64,000 nt of DNA from Methanobacteriota archaeon (GTDB taxonomy: Archaea; Halobacteriota; Bog-38; Methanoflorentales; Methanoflorentaceae): positions 384,001 to 448,000 of the forward strand of contig CAVRAO010000008.1 in assembly GCA_963719035.1 (NCBI GenBank), read 5' to 3'. Positions 17,952-28,091 of the stretch are shown here, piece after piece. The translations under genes and the position numbers were made by a program. Within the stretch, counting starts at the first letter, position 1. Each line of letters begins with the position of its first letter. Below the pieces are notes generated by a model. It searched no databases and had not been told where the DNA came from. It saw only the letters and a list, made by a program, of their open reading frames with translations.

Positions 17952-18222
17952 TCACATCTCCCATTTTACAATCTGCTGACTTTGGTAGCGGCGGATAAGC
18001 GCAGCCAACGCACTAGGGCTTTCATTACCCATTCCGTGCGTTTAGAAACCGTTTAGTTCTGAATAAGGAATGAGCGCGCCACTGGTATAAGATTTTCGAG
18101 CTCCCATGCTGGTTGCGCCCGATTGCGCGTGACCTGCGGTTCGTCTTGTCACTAAATGGTGACTCCTTAAGAGCAAATGTAAAGAGTCTTTATCGCGCAA
18201 CTAGTAGTACAGGCGAAGCTCG

Positions 18223-18783
18223 ATGATGGTGATCTACTCCGTGGGACATTCGAATCGATCGCTGCAGGAATTCATTTCACTTTTATCGCATTATGCCGTT
18301 TTAACGGTGATCGACGTGCGCAGCCATCCGCACTCACTCGCCAATCCTCACTTCAACAAAGAAGTGCTTGAATATGAGCTGCCGCGGTCAAGTATGCAAT
18401 ATTGCTGGATGGGAGAGGGATTTGGGGGGTTCAGACCTCAGGGGGCCGAAGAGTCGCCAAACGCTGCGTGGCGGGTGAAAAGTTTCAAGAACTACGCGGA
18501 TTACGCGCTCACCGACGCTTTTTCTGACGCCTTGACTGAACTTACCTCTCTTGCCACAAAACAAACCGCCGCCTTAATGTGTGCTGAAATCCTTTGGACG
18601 CGTTGCCATCGTCGGATTATCGCTGATTATCTTCTGGCGCTTGGGTGGGAGGTCGTGCATATAGTGGACGCGTCTCGTTCTACGACCCACGAGCTCACCC
18701 CCTTTGCAAAAGTTGAGGGCGCCCACATAACGTACCCCTCCCCTTTGCTCCAGCATTCGCTGGATGATTTCCAGTCAGAATGA
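18223..18783 (+). CDS. DUF488 family protein
   Basis: YSVGHSNR, DVRS.P.S..PHFN, MCAE..W.RCHRR. Confidence 0.9.
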   Translation: MMVIYSVGHSNRSLQEFISLLSHYAVLTVIDVRSHPHSLANPHFNKEVLEYELPRSSMQYCWMGEGFGGFRPQGAEESPNAAWRVKSFKNYADYALTDAFSDALTELTSLATKQTAALMCAEILWTRCHRRIIADYLLALGWEVVHIVDASRSTTHELTPFAKVEGAHITYPSPLLQHSLDDFQSE

Positions 18784-18861
18784 GACGGAATCGCGCGTAT
18801 GCTTTCTTGCTACCTCGAATCCGTTTGAGTCGTCAGAGCGATCGCAAAAGATGATCTGTCA

Positions 18862-19227
18862 CTACCGTTGTCGCGCGCGCATCGTTTCGCGCAACCGATC
18901 GCCGCAACCAAAATAAGACGCCACTTCGCGCTCAGTAACCGGCTTCACTACTTGGGATAAATGCGCGCAAATCATATCGGCGGCCTCGGTCGGTATGTCG
19001 AATTGTGAGAGGTATAAATCGGTTATTTTCCAAAACTCGTCCCGATCGTTCACGCTGTCGAGCATATCTAAGTCGATCGAACCTAACCGCGTTTTATCGA
19101 CTATGCGCCCGTTTAACCACTTTTCTAGTACTACATGCAACGTAACATCGCCATGTCGGACCTGCCTTCGTGGGCCGTTAAACTTTTGTACGAACCGAGC
19201 GCGGTATTCTTCTGGCATTACTACCAA
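18862..19227 (-). CDS. Hypothetical protein
   Basis: 121-aa ORF with SD-like GAGGGG. Confidence 0.5.
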   Translation of the reverse strand: MVVMPEEYRARFVQKFNGPRRQVRHGDVTLHVVLEKWLNGRIVDKTRLGSIDLDMLDSVNDRDEFWKITDLYLSQFDIPTEAADMICAHLSQVVKPVTEREVASYFGCGDRLRETMRARQR

Positions 19228-19326
19228 TACCCCTCTACTCTTTATTAAGCTAAGTGCCTAACCGATGCGAAGCACGAAAGTAATTATTACCCTTAGAACC
19301 GGCACACGTGTAATTGCTTACAGCAG

Positions 19327-19422
19327 CTAAAACGGCCGTATTGATAGGTAGAAAACCAGGAGGCCCAATACTAGCATGAGGGCTATAACAACCGCTATCA
19401 TCTTCGTCTGAAGTGAGTTCAT
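19327..19422 (-). CDS. 31-aa single-TM microprotein
   Basis: MNSLQTKMIAVVIALMLVLGLLVFYLSIRPF; ATG 1 nt after the upstream stop. Confidence 0.5.
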   Translation of the reverse strand: MNSLQTKMIAVVIALMLVLGLLVFYLSIRPF

Positions 19423-19423
19423 T

Positions 19424-19591
19424 TTACGCGTCCTTCCTTTCCTTCGTTTTATTAGCATACGTGACGAGAAGATAACCAGCCCATACCACAAGAGAGCCGA
19501 TGGCAATGCTAGCAGCGAGGAGGGGGTTGAACATCGCAGCAAAGAGTATGAAAAATGCGGCTGCAAGGGTGAGTAGTGCTTTATAATCCAC
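19424..19591 (-). CDS. 55-aa two-TM microprotein (not in ORF track)
   Basis: GTG start, DYKALLTLAAAFFILFAAMFNPLLAASIAIGSLVVWAGYLLVTYANKTKERKDA. Confidence 0.5.
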   Translation of the reverse strand: MDYKALLTLAAAFFILFAAMFNPLLAASIAIGSLVVWAGYLLVTYANKTKERKDA

Positions 19592-19708
19592 GTCTAAGTG
19601 TTACTACGTAAGTCCTTAAATCCGTTTCCCGCCTCGTCATTGACTTTCTCGGGTGTAGATCAACCAAACCTCTTTTTCGAGTGAATGCCAGCCGAATTGA
19701 TCACATCC

Positions 19709-20446
19709 TTAGGATGTGTGAAGCGATATCTGCCTCTTTGAGCTTCCAATCGGAAATACCTCTGCGCCGAGGACATTATTGAGGTCAAAGCCGTAAAGCG
19801 TCGCGTCTTTTTCTAAGACGACAAGTCGCCCCTTTACGCCAATGACGCGGCCGATGAGCATATCCTTCACCTGCAAGGGCCGCATCCACAGTGGCACATC
19901 AAAATAGCGGAGCTTAGTTTCATCGCGAGTGTCCATCTTAGCTTTCATCGCGTCCCAAGCTGTCCAATCGAGTTCAGTGTCAACGAGCATTTTTTGAGAA
20001 TGGCGGACTGTCCCTTTGATTCCGTAACGCTTCTGCAGTTCGCGCTCGCGTCTTCGAGCTCGTTCGCCATCTAAGACATAGTCGACCACTGCAGCCACAT
20101 CGGCACCTTGCTCTCGCAGCCGGTCATCAAGTCGGCTGGCTTTCGTCACACCGATCTTGAAAATGTCGGGCCTGAACATTGCGATATATACCGCGTGCTC
20201 TTCTAGACACGTTTTTTCGTCCTTCAAGCACGTCCCGGTGCAGATTGCGCAGGCGTTAAACTCCTGGCAACTCCCGCACACCGGGGCTTCTTCACTGTCG
20301 CACGAATAATACATACCAGCCTGCCACTTTCCGACGCAGGTTCGCCTCCCTATCCCAAGCGACAGATTGCCTGAGAGCGGCAGCAGCTTCATAGAAGGAT
20401 ACGCTAGTAACGTCTTTTTTAGAGACGAAAAGCCAATAATCTTCAC
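19709..20446 (-). CDS. DUF2797-type Zn-binding protein
   Basis: R.C.G, CxxC pairs, H.VYIA.F..KIGVT..RL.EQGA. Confidence 0.8.
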   Translation of the reverse strand: MKIIGFSSLKKTLLAYPSMKLLPLSGNLSLGIGRRTCVGKWQAGMYYSCDSEEAPVCGSCQEFNACAICTGTCLKDEKTCLEEHAVYIAMFRPDIFKIGVTKASRLDDRLREQGADVAAVVDYVLDGERARRRERELQKRYGIKGTVRHSQKMLVDTELDWTAWDAMKAKMDTRDETKLRYFDVPLWMRPLQVKDMLIGRVIGVKGRLVVLEKDATLYGFDLNNVLGAEVFPIGSSKRQISLHTS

Positions 20447-20528
20447 TACAAATAGATTTGTTTTTAAGTCTTTATATGTGTTAACCTCGCGACCGTTACT
20501 ATTTAAGCTCAGAAAAAGACTATGAGGT

Positions 20529-21098
20529 ATGCTCGTTGAGGTCTTAGAAGAGCCCGTGTTCTACGATGGATCACAAATAGAACCATTGTGGGGTTACAAA
20601 CGCTGCGGCATACTCGGCGATTGTGTTATCGTTTTTCGGGGTGGCATGGACGTCTCGGAAGAACGCATGAAAGACTGCGAGGATATTCGCGGCAAAAGCA
20701 AGATAACCGGCGACGATGTCCTCCATCTCATCGTTGAACGCTTTGACAGCCCTGGAAACATGTTCATATCTTACTTGTTACAGCGATTACTCGTTGTTTC
20801 CGCGCAAGCCGTGCTAAACATGTACGGTATTGAGACGACGAGATCTGGTGATGATCTTTACGTTGCAGACGAGAAGCTCACCGTGAGCATTGCAACAGCA
20901 AGCATAGCCAGCGAGAAGATGCATCTAGGAATCAACGTCACCACGAGCGGGACGCCCAAAGGCGTTGCCATCACAAGCCTGACTTCCTCGGGTATCGAAC
21001 CAGACGAAAGCCTTTCGATCGGAAGAGATATTGCCGATATGTTCTCGAGGGAGACCCTCGGAATCCTTAAAGACGTAGTGAAGACCCGCGGGTCCTAA
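20529..21098 (+). CDS. DUF366 family protein (biotin/lipoate-ligase-like fold)
   Basis: YDGSQI..LW, D.ED, LH.IVE.FD, QRLL, GDDLY..KLTVSIA, H.GIN. Confidence 0.85.
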   Translation: MLVEVLEEPVFYDGSQIEPLWGYKRCGILGDCVIVFRGGMDVSEERMKDCEDIRGKSKITGDDVLHLIVERFDSPGNMFISYLLQRLLVVSAQAVLNMYGIETTRSGDDLYVADEKLTVSIATASIASEKMHLGINVTTSGTPKGVAITSLTSSGIEPDESLSIGRDIADMFSRETLGILKDVVKTRGS

Positions 21099-21138
21099 CG
21101 CTGAGCTTCTCTTTTTGGACTAAAGAGAGGGATGCTCA

Positions 21139-21717
21139 ATGCGAAAAGAACAAATCATTTATTTAGAGAAGCCCGGCCCTCAAAACACTGAAGACGTGAT
21201 AAACGCCGTGCAGACTTATGTTGCAAGGAGCGGTCTGAAGCGAGTCGTTGTGGCGAGCACAACAGGCGCCACCGCGGTTAAATTTGCAGCTGCGCTCAAA
21301 AACACAGCAGAACTGGTTGTTGTGACTCACCATACCGGATTCAGTCAAGAAGGCACGCAGCGTTTTGACGCGGAAATACGGAAAATGCTCGAAAAACAAG
21401 GAGTCACGGTATTGACCCAATCGCATGTGCTTTCAGGAATTGAAAGGAGTATTTCTCGGAAGTTCGGCGGCATTTCACGCGTTGAGGCCATCGCAGAAGC
21501 GCTTCGCTCCCTGCTCGGACACGGACTCAAAGTGTGCGTGGAGATCGCGATCATGGCAGCTGATGCAGGCGCAATACCTATTGAAGACATTATCGCTGTC
21601 GGTGGCACGGGTAGTGGTTCTGACACCGCCGTAGTGATACGCCCAGCACACATGAACAACTTTTTCGATGCCCGCATCAGGGAGATCATCGTAATGCCAC
21701 GAGGTGGCGATGCCTGA
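21139..21717 (+). CDS. Pyruvate-kinase C-terminal-like protein (MTH1675/DUF1867 type)
   Basis: PGPQNT, VVASTTG.TA, THH.GF, G.KVCVEI..MAADAG, GG.G.G.DTA. Confidence 0.85.
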   Translation: MRKEQIIYLEKPGPQNTEDVINAVQTYVARSGLKRVVVASTTGATAVKFAAALKNTAELVVVTHHTGFSQEGTQRFDAEIRKMLEKQGVTVLTQSHVLSGIERSISRKFGGISRVEAIAEALRSLLGHGLKVCVEIAIMAADAGAIPIEDIIAVGGTGSGSDTAVVIRPAHMNNFFDARIREIIVMPRGGDA

Positions 21718-23146
21718 TCGATTTGAAATCACGCACAAAGACGTATTCGGGCGTATTGGCAAGCTTGATACGCCGCACGGACCGATCGAAACGCCTGCTC
21801 TGCTGCCGGTCGTCAACCCGAACGCGGCACTCGTTGCGCCTGAGGAGATGCGACAGTTCGGGGCCACAGCGCTCATAACGAACGCCTATATCATCTACCG
21901 GAATCCCCGTTTAAAGGAAGCTGCGCTCTCTGGAGGTATCCACAAGCTGCTCGGATTTGACGGGCCGATTATGACTGATTCAGGATCATTTCAACTTGCC
22001 ACATATGGGAAAATAGAAATTCGGTCAGAAGAGATAGTGGCTTTCCAGCGCGATATCGGATCAGACATCGGAACTCCAATTGATATACCGACGCCTCCTG
22101 ACGTTCCGTTTGAGCGGGCGCTCAGAGAACTCAATTTGACGCTGGAGCGGATTCGTGAGGCAACGACATGTTGTGGAGCCGAAATGCTGTTAGCGGCACC
22201 TATCCAAGGGTCGACGCACCTCGACTTGAGAGAGCAGCACGCGCGGCTGCTCAGCAAGCTCAACGCCGACGTTTACCCGATCGGAGCAGTCGTTCCACTT
22301 ATGGAATCTTATAGATATACTGCCCTGAGCAACGTCATTATGGCTTGCAAGGCAGGATTGACGTTGAACAAGCCCGTTCATCTGTTTGGAGCCGGGCATC
22401 CCATGATGTTCGCCCTCGCTGTGGCGTTAGGATGTGATCTGTTCGACTCAGCCGCCTACGCGCTCTATGCGAGAGCCGGGCGCTATCTAACGGCAAGCGG
22501 CACTCACCAACTCGACAACTTAGCTTATTTGCCGTGTTCGTGTCCAGTTTGCGCAGCTGGAGATCCGAAGCTCACCGAACGGGAACTTGCCGAGCATAAC
22601 CTTTGGGTGTCATTTGCTGAGCTCAAGACTATCAAGCAAGCGATAGTTGACGGGCAACTCTGGGAGCTGGTTGAAAGACGATGCGCGTATCCCGCGCTTT
22701 TGCAAGCCCTCCGAACGATCCAAAAAAACTGCGCGTCCTTTGAACCCATAGAACCGTTGAAGAGTTCTTTTATGTACACGTGCACGGAATCCGCCGAGCG
22801 GCCGGACGTTGCACGCTTCTCGAAAAAGCTTAACAATCTCGAATTGACCGGCCGCGTGCTCATAACGACCAACCGGAACAAGACCCGGGACGTGGAACAC
22901 GAGTTTGACACCACATTGCTTATGAAGGCCCCTTTTGGTCCCTATCCGCAAGAGCTCGCAGAAACGTATCCTATCGGTCAGTCTGAAGTCCCCGATCCCG
23001 ACTACGCCTCAATCAAATCCGCTGTGAGAAATCTGATAGCGCTTATCAGATCTAAAAACGTTGAAGCGACCTTTGCCTATGATAGCACGTGGAATCACGA
23101 CGATCTTGCCGAACTAAGCTCTTATGCAACGCTCTTACCATTGTGA
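21710..23146 (+). CDS. tgtA: Archaeosine tRNA-guanine(15) transglycosylase, short form without C-terminal PUA
   Basis: [58 protein letters not shown]. Confidence 0.95.
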   Translation: MPDRFEITHKDVFGRIGKLDTPHGPIETPALLPVVNPNAALVAPEEMRQFGATALITNAYIIYRNPRLKEAALSGGIHKLLGFDGPIMTDSGSFQLATYGKIEIRSEEIVAFQRDIGSDIGTPIDIPTPPDVPFERALRELNLTLERIREATTCCGAEMLLAAPIQGSTHLDLREQHARLLSKLNADVYPIGAVVPLMESYRYTALSNVIMACKAGLTLNKPVHLFGAGHPMMFALAVALGCDLFDSAAYALYARAGRYLTASGTHQLDNLAYLPCSCPVCAAGDPKLTERELAEHNLWVSFAELKTIKQAIVDGQLWELVERRCAYPALLQALRTIQKNCASFEPIEPLKSSFMYTCTESAERPDVARFSKKLNNLELTGRVLITTNRNKTRDVEHEFDTTLLMKAPFGPYPQELAETYPIGQSEVPDPDYASIKSAVRNLIALIRSKNVEATFAYDSTWNHDDLAELSSYATLLPL

Positions 23147-23152
23147 AAGAAC

Positions 23153-24839
23153 ATGACGCGCCTGTTTGAAGTAACAAAGCGAGACGGTGCTGCCCGGTTA
23201 GGAAAGCTCATGTGGCGAGGCGAAGAGGTCGTCACGCCTTGTAGCTTCGAGTCTAAAGAGGACCTTGAGTTCCTAAAGGAATCGACGATTCACCGAGCTG
23301 AAATCGACGTGACGATCGTCGCTGCTCAAGAAGAGACGAGCGCAGAACAAATCGACGCTGATGTAGTCATCCTCGCCGGCGCAGCGAGATTCCGCGATGA
23401 TCCGCGTGGCCTGACCAAAGCGCTCTTGAGGGCGAGAGAATTAGCAAATCCTGATTCAGCGCTTTACGCGCCGGCGTTGGCGACGCCAGAGAACGTGAGC
23501 TTGCTGGTCTACGCGGGCGTTGATCTTGTTGACTCCGTTGTGGCAGGGGTCAAGGCCCGCGAAGGGTACTTTCTCGATGCCGACGGCGGACGGCGATTTG
23601 ACGCGGTTTCGCGCAGGCCCTGTTTGTGCAGCGCCTGCAATGGCGCAAACGTAACAGAACTCTCGTTCGAGCACAAGGTGGCGTTAGCATCAGACCACAA
23701 CAAAAGAGCCCTCAAGGCAGAGCTCAACAAGATAGCCGAGAATGTAGAACGCGGGACCCTAAGGGAGCTTGTGGAGGGACGATGTAGATCTGCTCCCGTG
23801 CTAACAGCACTTTTACGATTGCTCGACGATGAGTTACAATTACTTTGAGCGGCGATCGCCGATTGTGCGGACGGCTACGCTGCTTGCGTGTTCTCAAGAA
23901 TCTCTTAACAGGCCGGAAATACGCCGGTTTAGCGAACGCGTCATAGAGCGCCTTCGGATAAGGGACGGCGTCCTGCTTCTGCTTCCGTGTTCTGCGCGAA
24001 AACCGTACTCTCGCTCGCGGTCCCACAGGATTATCCTTGCACATCTCAATAAACTGCGCCAGTATCTTAACGAGGCCATAATAACGTCGCCTATCGGCGT
24101 TGTTCCACGCAGTCTCGAGATTATGTACCCTGCAAGCAACTACGACATACCGGTCACCGGGAAATGGACGTGTGACGAGAGGGAGTGGGTAATCGGGCGC
24201 CTCAGTCAGTACCTTTCGGTCAATGCTTTTGAAAGTGTTATTGCACACGTAAGTGGTCCCTATCGACAGATCTGTGACGAAGTTGCTGCCTTACTCGGAA
24301 TCGAAATAGTTCACACCGTTTCTGATGAGAACGTTCTTAGTTTCGCGTCCCTCCAGCGCTTACGCACCGTCGCCCAAGAGCTCATTGATAGTTGTTCACC
24401 GGCGCGGCGCGATTTGCGGTTTGATTACTTGCGGGATCTCGCTGATTTTCAATTCGGCTCACACGCGTCAACAGCTATCTTTCCCGAAGTTCCAAAAGTC
24501 CACGGGCTTTTTCCGGCCTACTACGCCTCGGACGGTGGAGAGCGCATAGCAACTATCACGGGCACGTACGGTACCCTTGCTCTGACAATTGAAGGCGCTC
24601 GACGGTACCTGAGCGCAAGCGACGGTACGTACTCCGTAAGAATCGATGACTTCGAACCAAAAGGGACAGTTTTTGCGATAGGCGTGCTCAGTGCTGATCC
24701 CGGTATACGGCCTTTCGACGAGGTGATCGTATACAACGATAGCGTCATTGCAGTCGGAAGAGCCCTCATGAGCGGTTGGGAGATGCAAACGTCGAAAAAC
24801 GGTGGCGCTGTTGCTGTACGGCACATGGAGTCGCGATGA
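23153..24839 (+). CDS. arcS: Archaeosine synthase ArcS, interrupted by one extra T at ~23834 (ORFs 23153-23848 and 23829-24839)
   Basis: FEV.KRDGAARLG, Y.GVDL.D, CxCxxC, then LLPCSARKPYS.S.SH, TSP.G.VPR.LE..YPA..YDIPVTG.W and a C-terminal PUA; total length is 3n+1. Confidence 0.88.
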
Positions 24840-25855
24840 AAAAACAGCAAATACCTCGTGAATACGCGGCCCGGAAGCCGGAGCGAAAAGCAATCGGCAG
24901 CCGCGCACGTGGCAATGCGCAATTTGCCTGGACTGGCATGGATCTGCTAAACGGAGAGGTCGTGCCGTCTCTGACTGTGGTTCTTACGACTAAAGGCTGC
25001 TCCTGGGCCCATCGAGACGGCTGCACGATGTGCGGTTACAGCATCGACTCGAACCCTAATACGCAAGCCTCAGACATTCAAAAGCAATTCAACCAGGTCA
25101 TTGCGCGCTATGGCAAAGCGTTCAAGATCGTGAAACTGTTCACCTCAGGCAGCTTTCTTGATCAAGATGAGGTGCCGATCGACGTGCGAGACGCAATCCT
25201 GTCTGAGTTGAGGGACATGCCGAAGGTTATCGTCGAGAGTCGACCGGAATTTATCACGCCTGCGATCTGCGAGGATATCGCTAGAACAAACGAGCACGTT
25301 GAAGTAGCAATTGGCCTTGAAACGTCAAGTGACCGCATCAGAAACAACTACATCAACAAAGGGTTTTCATTTCGTGATTTTGTCAGGGCATCTGAAGCAG
25401 CACGCGCTCACGGCTTCACAGTCAAGGCTTACCTGCTCCTCAAGCCACCTTTTCTGACAGAACGGGAAGCCTTGGAAGATGCCCTCCAATCCGTTCGCGA
25501 CGCTGCCCCGTACGCAGATACGATTTCGTTGAACTTGTGCAACGTGCAAAAAGGCACCCTCGTTGAGGCACTTTGGAAAAAAGGCCTGTATAGGCCCCCG
25601 TGGTTGTGGTCTGCCGTGGAAGTCCTGAAGCGGACGCACGAGACTGCTACTGTCATCTGCGATCCCGTTGGAGGGGGCTCTCGGCGGGGGCCGCATAACT
25701 GTGGCAAATGCGACCGCGAGGTGGTAGCAGAAATCAAAGAGTTCTCCCTTTCCCAAAACAGCGCGTCATTCACCGCTTCGTGCACCGATCAGATGCTGTG
25801 GGAGTTTGTCCTCGAGTTTGAAGAGTTCAGTTACGGCGCACCGCTTGTGCCGTAA
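24836..25855 (+). CDS. Radical SAM enzyme RaSEA (archaeosine synthesis)
   Basis: GCSWA..GCTMCGY, KLFTSGSFLD, ESRPE, YLLLKPPFL, YRPPWLWS, RGPHNCGKCD; ATGA overlap with arcS. Confidence 0.92.
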   Translation: MKKQQIPREYAARKPERKAIGSRARGNAQFAWTGMDLLNGEVVPSLTVVLTTKGCSWAHRDGCTMCGYSIDSNPNTQASDIQKQFNQVIARYGKAFKIVKLFTSGSFLDQDEVPIDVRDAILSELRDMPKVIVESRPEFITPAICEDIARTNEHVEVAIGLETSSDRIRNNYINKGFSFRDFVRASEAARAHGFTVKAYLLLKPPFLTEREALEDALQSVRDAAPYADTISLNLCNVQKGTLVEALWKKGLYRPPWLWSAVEVLKRTHETATVICDPVGGGSRRGPHNCGKCDREVVAEIKEFSLSQNSASFTASCTDQMLWEFVLEFEEFSYGAPLVP

Positions 25856-25962
25856 AATGCGGGCGAATCTTCTATTCTTCACTTTTGCGACTTCGTTTGA
25901 TAAAAGAGCGATAAGACAATGCTTATATACAGTTTAGCCAGTGTAGCAGCTGAGGTGGAACC

Positions 25963-26146
25963 ATGGCCTTGCGTGGCACTTTGATCTTGTGGGCAATTAT
26001 CTTTCTCCTCATTGCAATTGTTGCGGGCCTGCTCGGACTGACTTGGCTATCTGGAATAGCACAGAGCGCAGCTCTACTTGTGGTAGGCAATATTCGTCAT
26101 ACTATTCGTGATATCCTTCGTCGCTGGGTGGCTGCGACGCCATTAG
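25963..26146 (+). CDS. DUF1328-like small membrane protein with +1 frameshift at ~26086
   Basis: LWAIIFLLIAIVAGLLG..GIA; removing one G restores VVAIFVILFVISFVAGWLRRH*; GAGGTG SD. Confidence 0.65.
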
Positions 26147-26290
26147 CGTGCGCGTCGGTGAACCGTTCAGGTTGACCCATTTCCTCACGGTAGGATACGG
26201 ACAAACCCCGTATCTGAGTCTATATTCAGCAAACGGCATTGTTTTAGCAAAAGTGCTGAGCAATGCGTTGCGACAGAGTCCACAAAAGAG

Positions 26291-27940
26291 CTATCCGAAG
26301 ACACGCTTGAATTCACGTATCTGTTCTCGCGTGCCTATGACGGTCAGTGTGGAATCTTCACTGATAACGTGCTGCGGTGCGGGGTTCGGTATGGTTGCTC
26401 CACCGGCAGTGACGGCGATGACGGTACACCCGGTGCGTGATCGTATCTTTAGGTCCTCGAGGCTTCTGCCGACTAGTGACGGACCGGGAGGATATTCAAC
26501 AATCTTCATGTCCTCTGAGAGCAGGACCTCCCGTAGTCGCGTGCCACGGGGCCGGGGGTCAACAAATTTCAGCAAAACTTGGCCAGCTACAACGGACTGG
26601 GACAACACAAAGTCTGCCCCCGCCTGGTACAACTTTTCAACTGCTTGTGGGCGCACTGCGCGACAAATAATATCAATCTGAGGGTTAAGTTTTCTCGCGA
26701 CTAGAGTTGTATAGATTGCATCCAAGTCATTATTGATCGTGACGAGAAGGGTAGATGCTTCGGTAATCCCTGCTTGCTTAAGGATTGTCCTATCAGCAGA
26801 GCTCCCAACCACGTCACCTTGGTGCGTATCGATGATGATGTGTTCAATACCGTTTGACCGCAACACCTTGGATGCCCTTTTTCCAACGTCGCCGTACCCT
26901 GCGACGATATAGTGCCCCCTGATCGCGCAGTACGTACCATCAAGCCGACACATTGAGAGTTCCTTTGCCGCGTCGAGTTGTTTTTTTGTGCCGATAAGCA
27001 AGAGTACGGAGGTGTCCGTGATGATTTCAGAGGCCGGTGGATTGAAGGTGAGCTTTGAGCGCTTCCACATGCCTATGATCGTTGCACCTGTTCGCTCACG
27101 TATCTTGGCTTCTTCGATTGATAACCCGTTGATGCCGCTTTCTCCAAGAATCGGCAGCTCAAAAATCCGCAAAGAGCCAATCAAGGGAGTGGTGCCAACA
27201 AGCCGGTGCGTTATAGGCATGGCGGCCTTGGTGCCAATGTCAATGCCAAGCAGTTGTTTAGGCGATACGACTTTGTCCGCACCAGCATAGAGCAGGTATG
27301 CGGCGTTTGACATGTCGTCAACGAGACTAATGATGTCCGCTTGCGTAAGCTTCTTTGCAGCAAGCGCGACAATGGCATTCTTCTCATCGCTCTGATTTAG
27401 AACGACCTTATTTGCGCGCTCTATCTGAGCGTTCCGTAGAGTCACTTCGTCGCCGGGATCCCCAAACATACACGGTATCTTTCGTTCGACCAGAGCTTCA
27501 ATCACTTCCCTGTCGTCGTGAACAACGAGGTACGGCAAACCCCGCTCTTCAAAATCCTCGATAATCGCGTCTACCAGAGAGTTGTAGCCCACGATCAAAA
27601 CGTGATTGTTAGCCTTTGACTTCGTAGGCACCGATCGCCGAACGCTCTCCAGCACGGGCTCGAGGACGACAGGGATTAAGATTACGAAAAAGATGATAAT
27701 GCCAGTCAGCATTACAAGCACGGCAAATATTCTGCCCACGCTGCTTGCAAAGACGATGTCTCCTAGACCTTGCGTGGTCATCGTTGCGATGACCCAGTAG
27801 ACGGCGTCGATTATCGAATAAGACCTGCCTTCAGCACTGGCCATCAAGAGGAGGAAGACATAGCTATAAACGATGATGAACAGCACGGTGGCTACAAGGA
27901 AGATTAGTAGAGATTTGCGAAGAGGCCTCATCGCGAACAC
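26291..27940 (-). CDS. Two-TM K+-channel-family protein with two RCK (TrkA-N/C) domains
   Basis: DAVYW...TMTTQGLGD pore, G.GDVG RCK motifs, TrkA-C repeats. Confidence 0.9.
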   Translation of the reverse strand: MFAMRPLRKSLLIFLVATVLFIIVYSYVFLLLMASAEGRSYSIIDAVYWVIATMTTQGLGDIVFASSVGRIFAVLVMLTGIIIFFVILIPVVLEPVLESVRRSVPTKSKANNHVLIVGYNSLVDAIIEDFEERGLPYLVVHDDREVIEALVERKIPCMFGDPGDEVTLRNAQIERANKVVLNQSDEKNAIVALAAKKLTQADIISLVDDMSNAAYLLYAGADKVVSPKQLLGIDIGTKAAMPITHRLVGTTPLIGSLRIFELPILGESGINGLSIEEAKIRERTGATIIGMWKRSKLTFNPPASEIITDTSVLLLIGTKKQLDAAKELSMCRLDGTYCAIRGHYIVAGYGDVGKRASKVLRSNGIEHIIIDTHQGDVVGSSADRTILKQAGITEASTLLVTINNDLDAIYTTLVARKLNPQIDIICRAVRPQAVEKLYQAGADFVLSQSVVAGQVLLKFVDPRPRGTRLREVLLSEDMKIVEYPPGPSLVGRSLEDLKIRSRTGCTVIAVTAGGATIPNPAPQHVISEDSTLTVIGTREQIREFKRVFG

Positions 27941-28091
27941 CTCGGAGTTTTCGAAACCAACTTTTGCACTTACATGTCAATGCGGGATATAAATAGTAAC
28001 GTCTTTTGACGTCTTTAAAATCGAATTCGATCTTGCTATGGGTTGCCTAGTGAGAAAGGTTTATCATAGGCTCGCATAATCTCTAGATGCC

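Noticed and set aside
1-19000. Integron-like cassette array explaining the gene patchwork
   Set aside because: No common repeat between successive genes, mixed orientations and no integrase seen
26080-26090. Programmed frameshift in the DUF1328-like gene
   Set aside because: No slippery sequence; a single duplicated G fits sequencing error or a recent mutation
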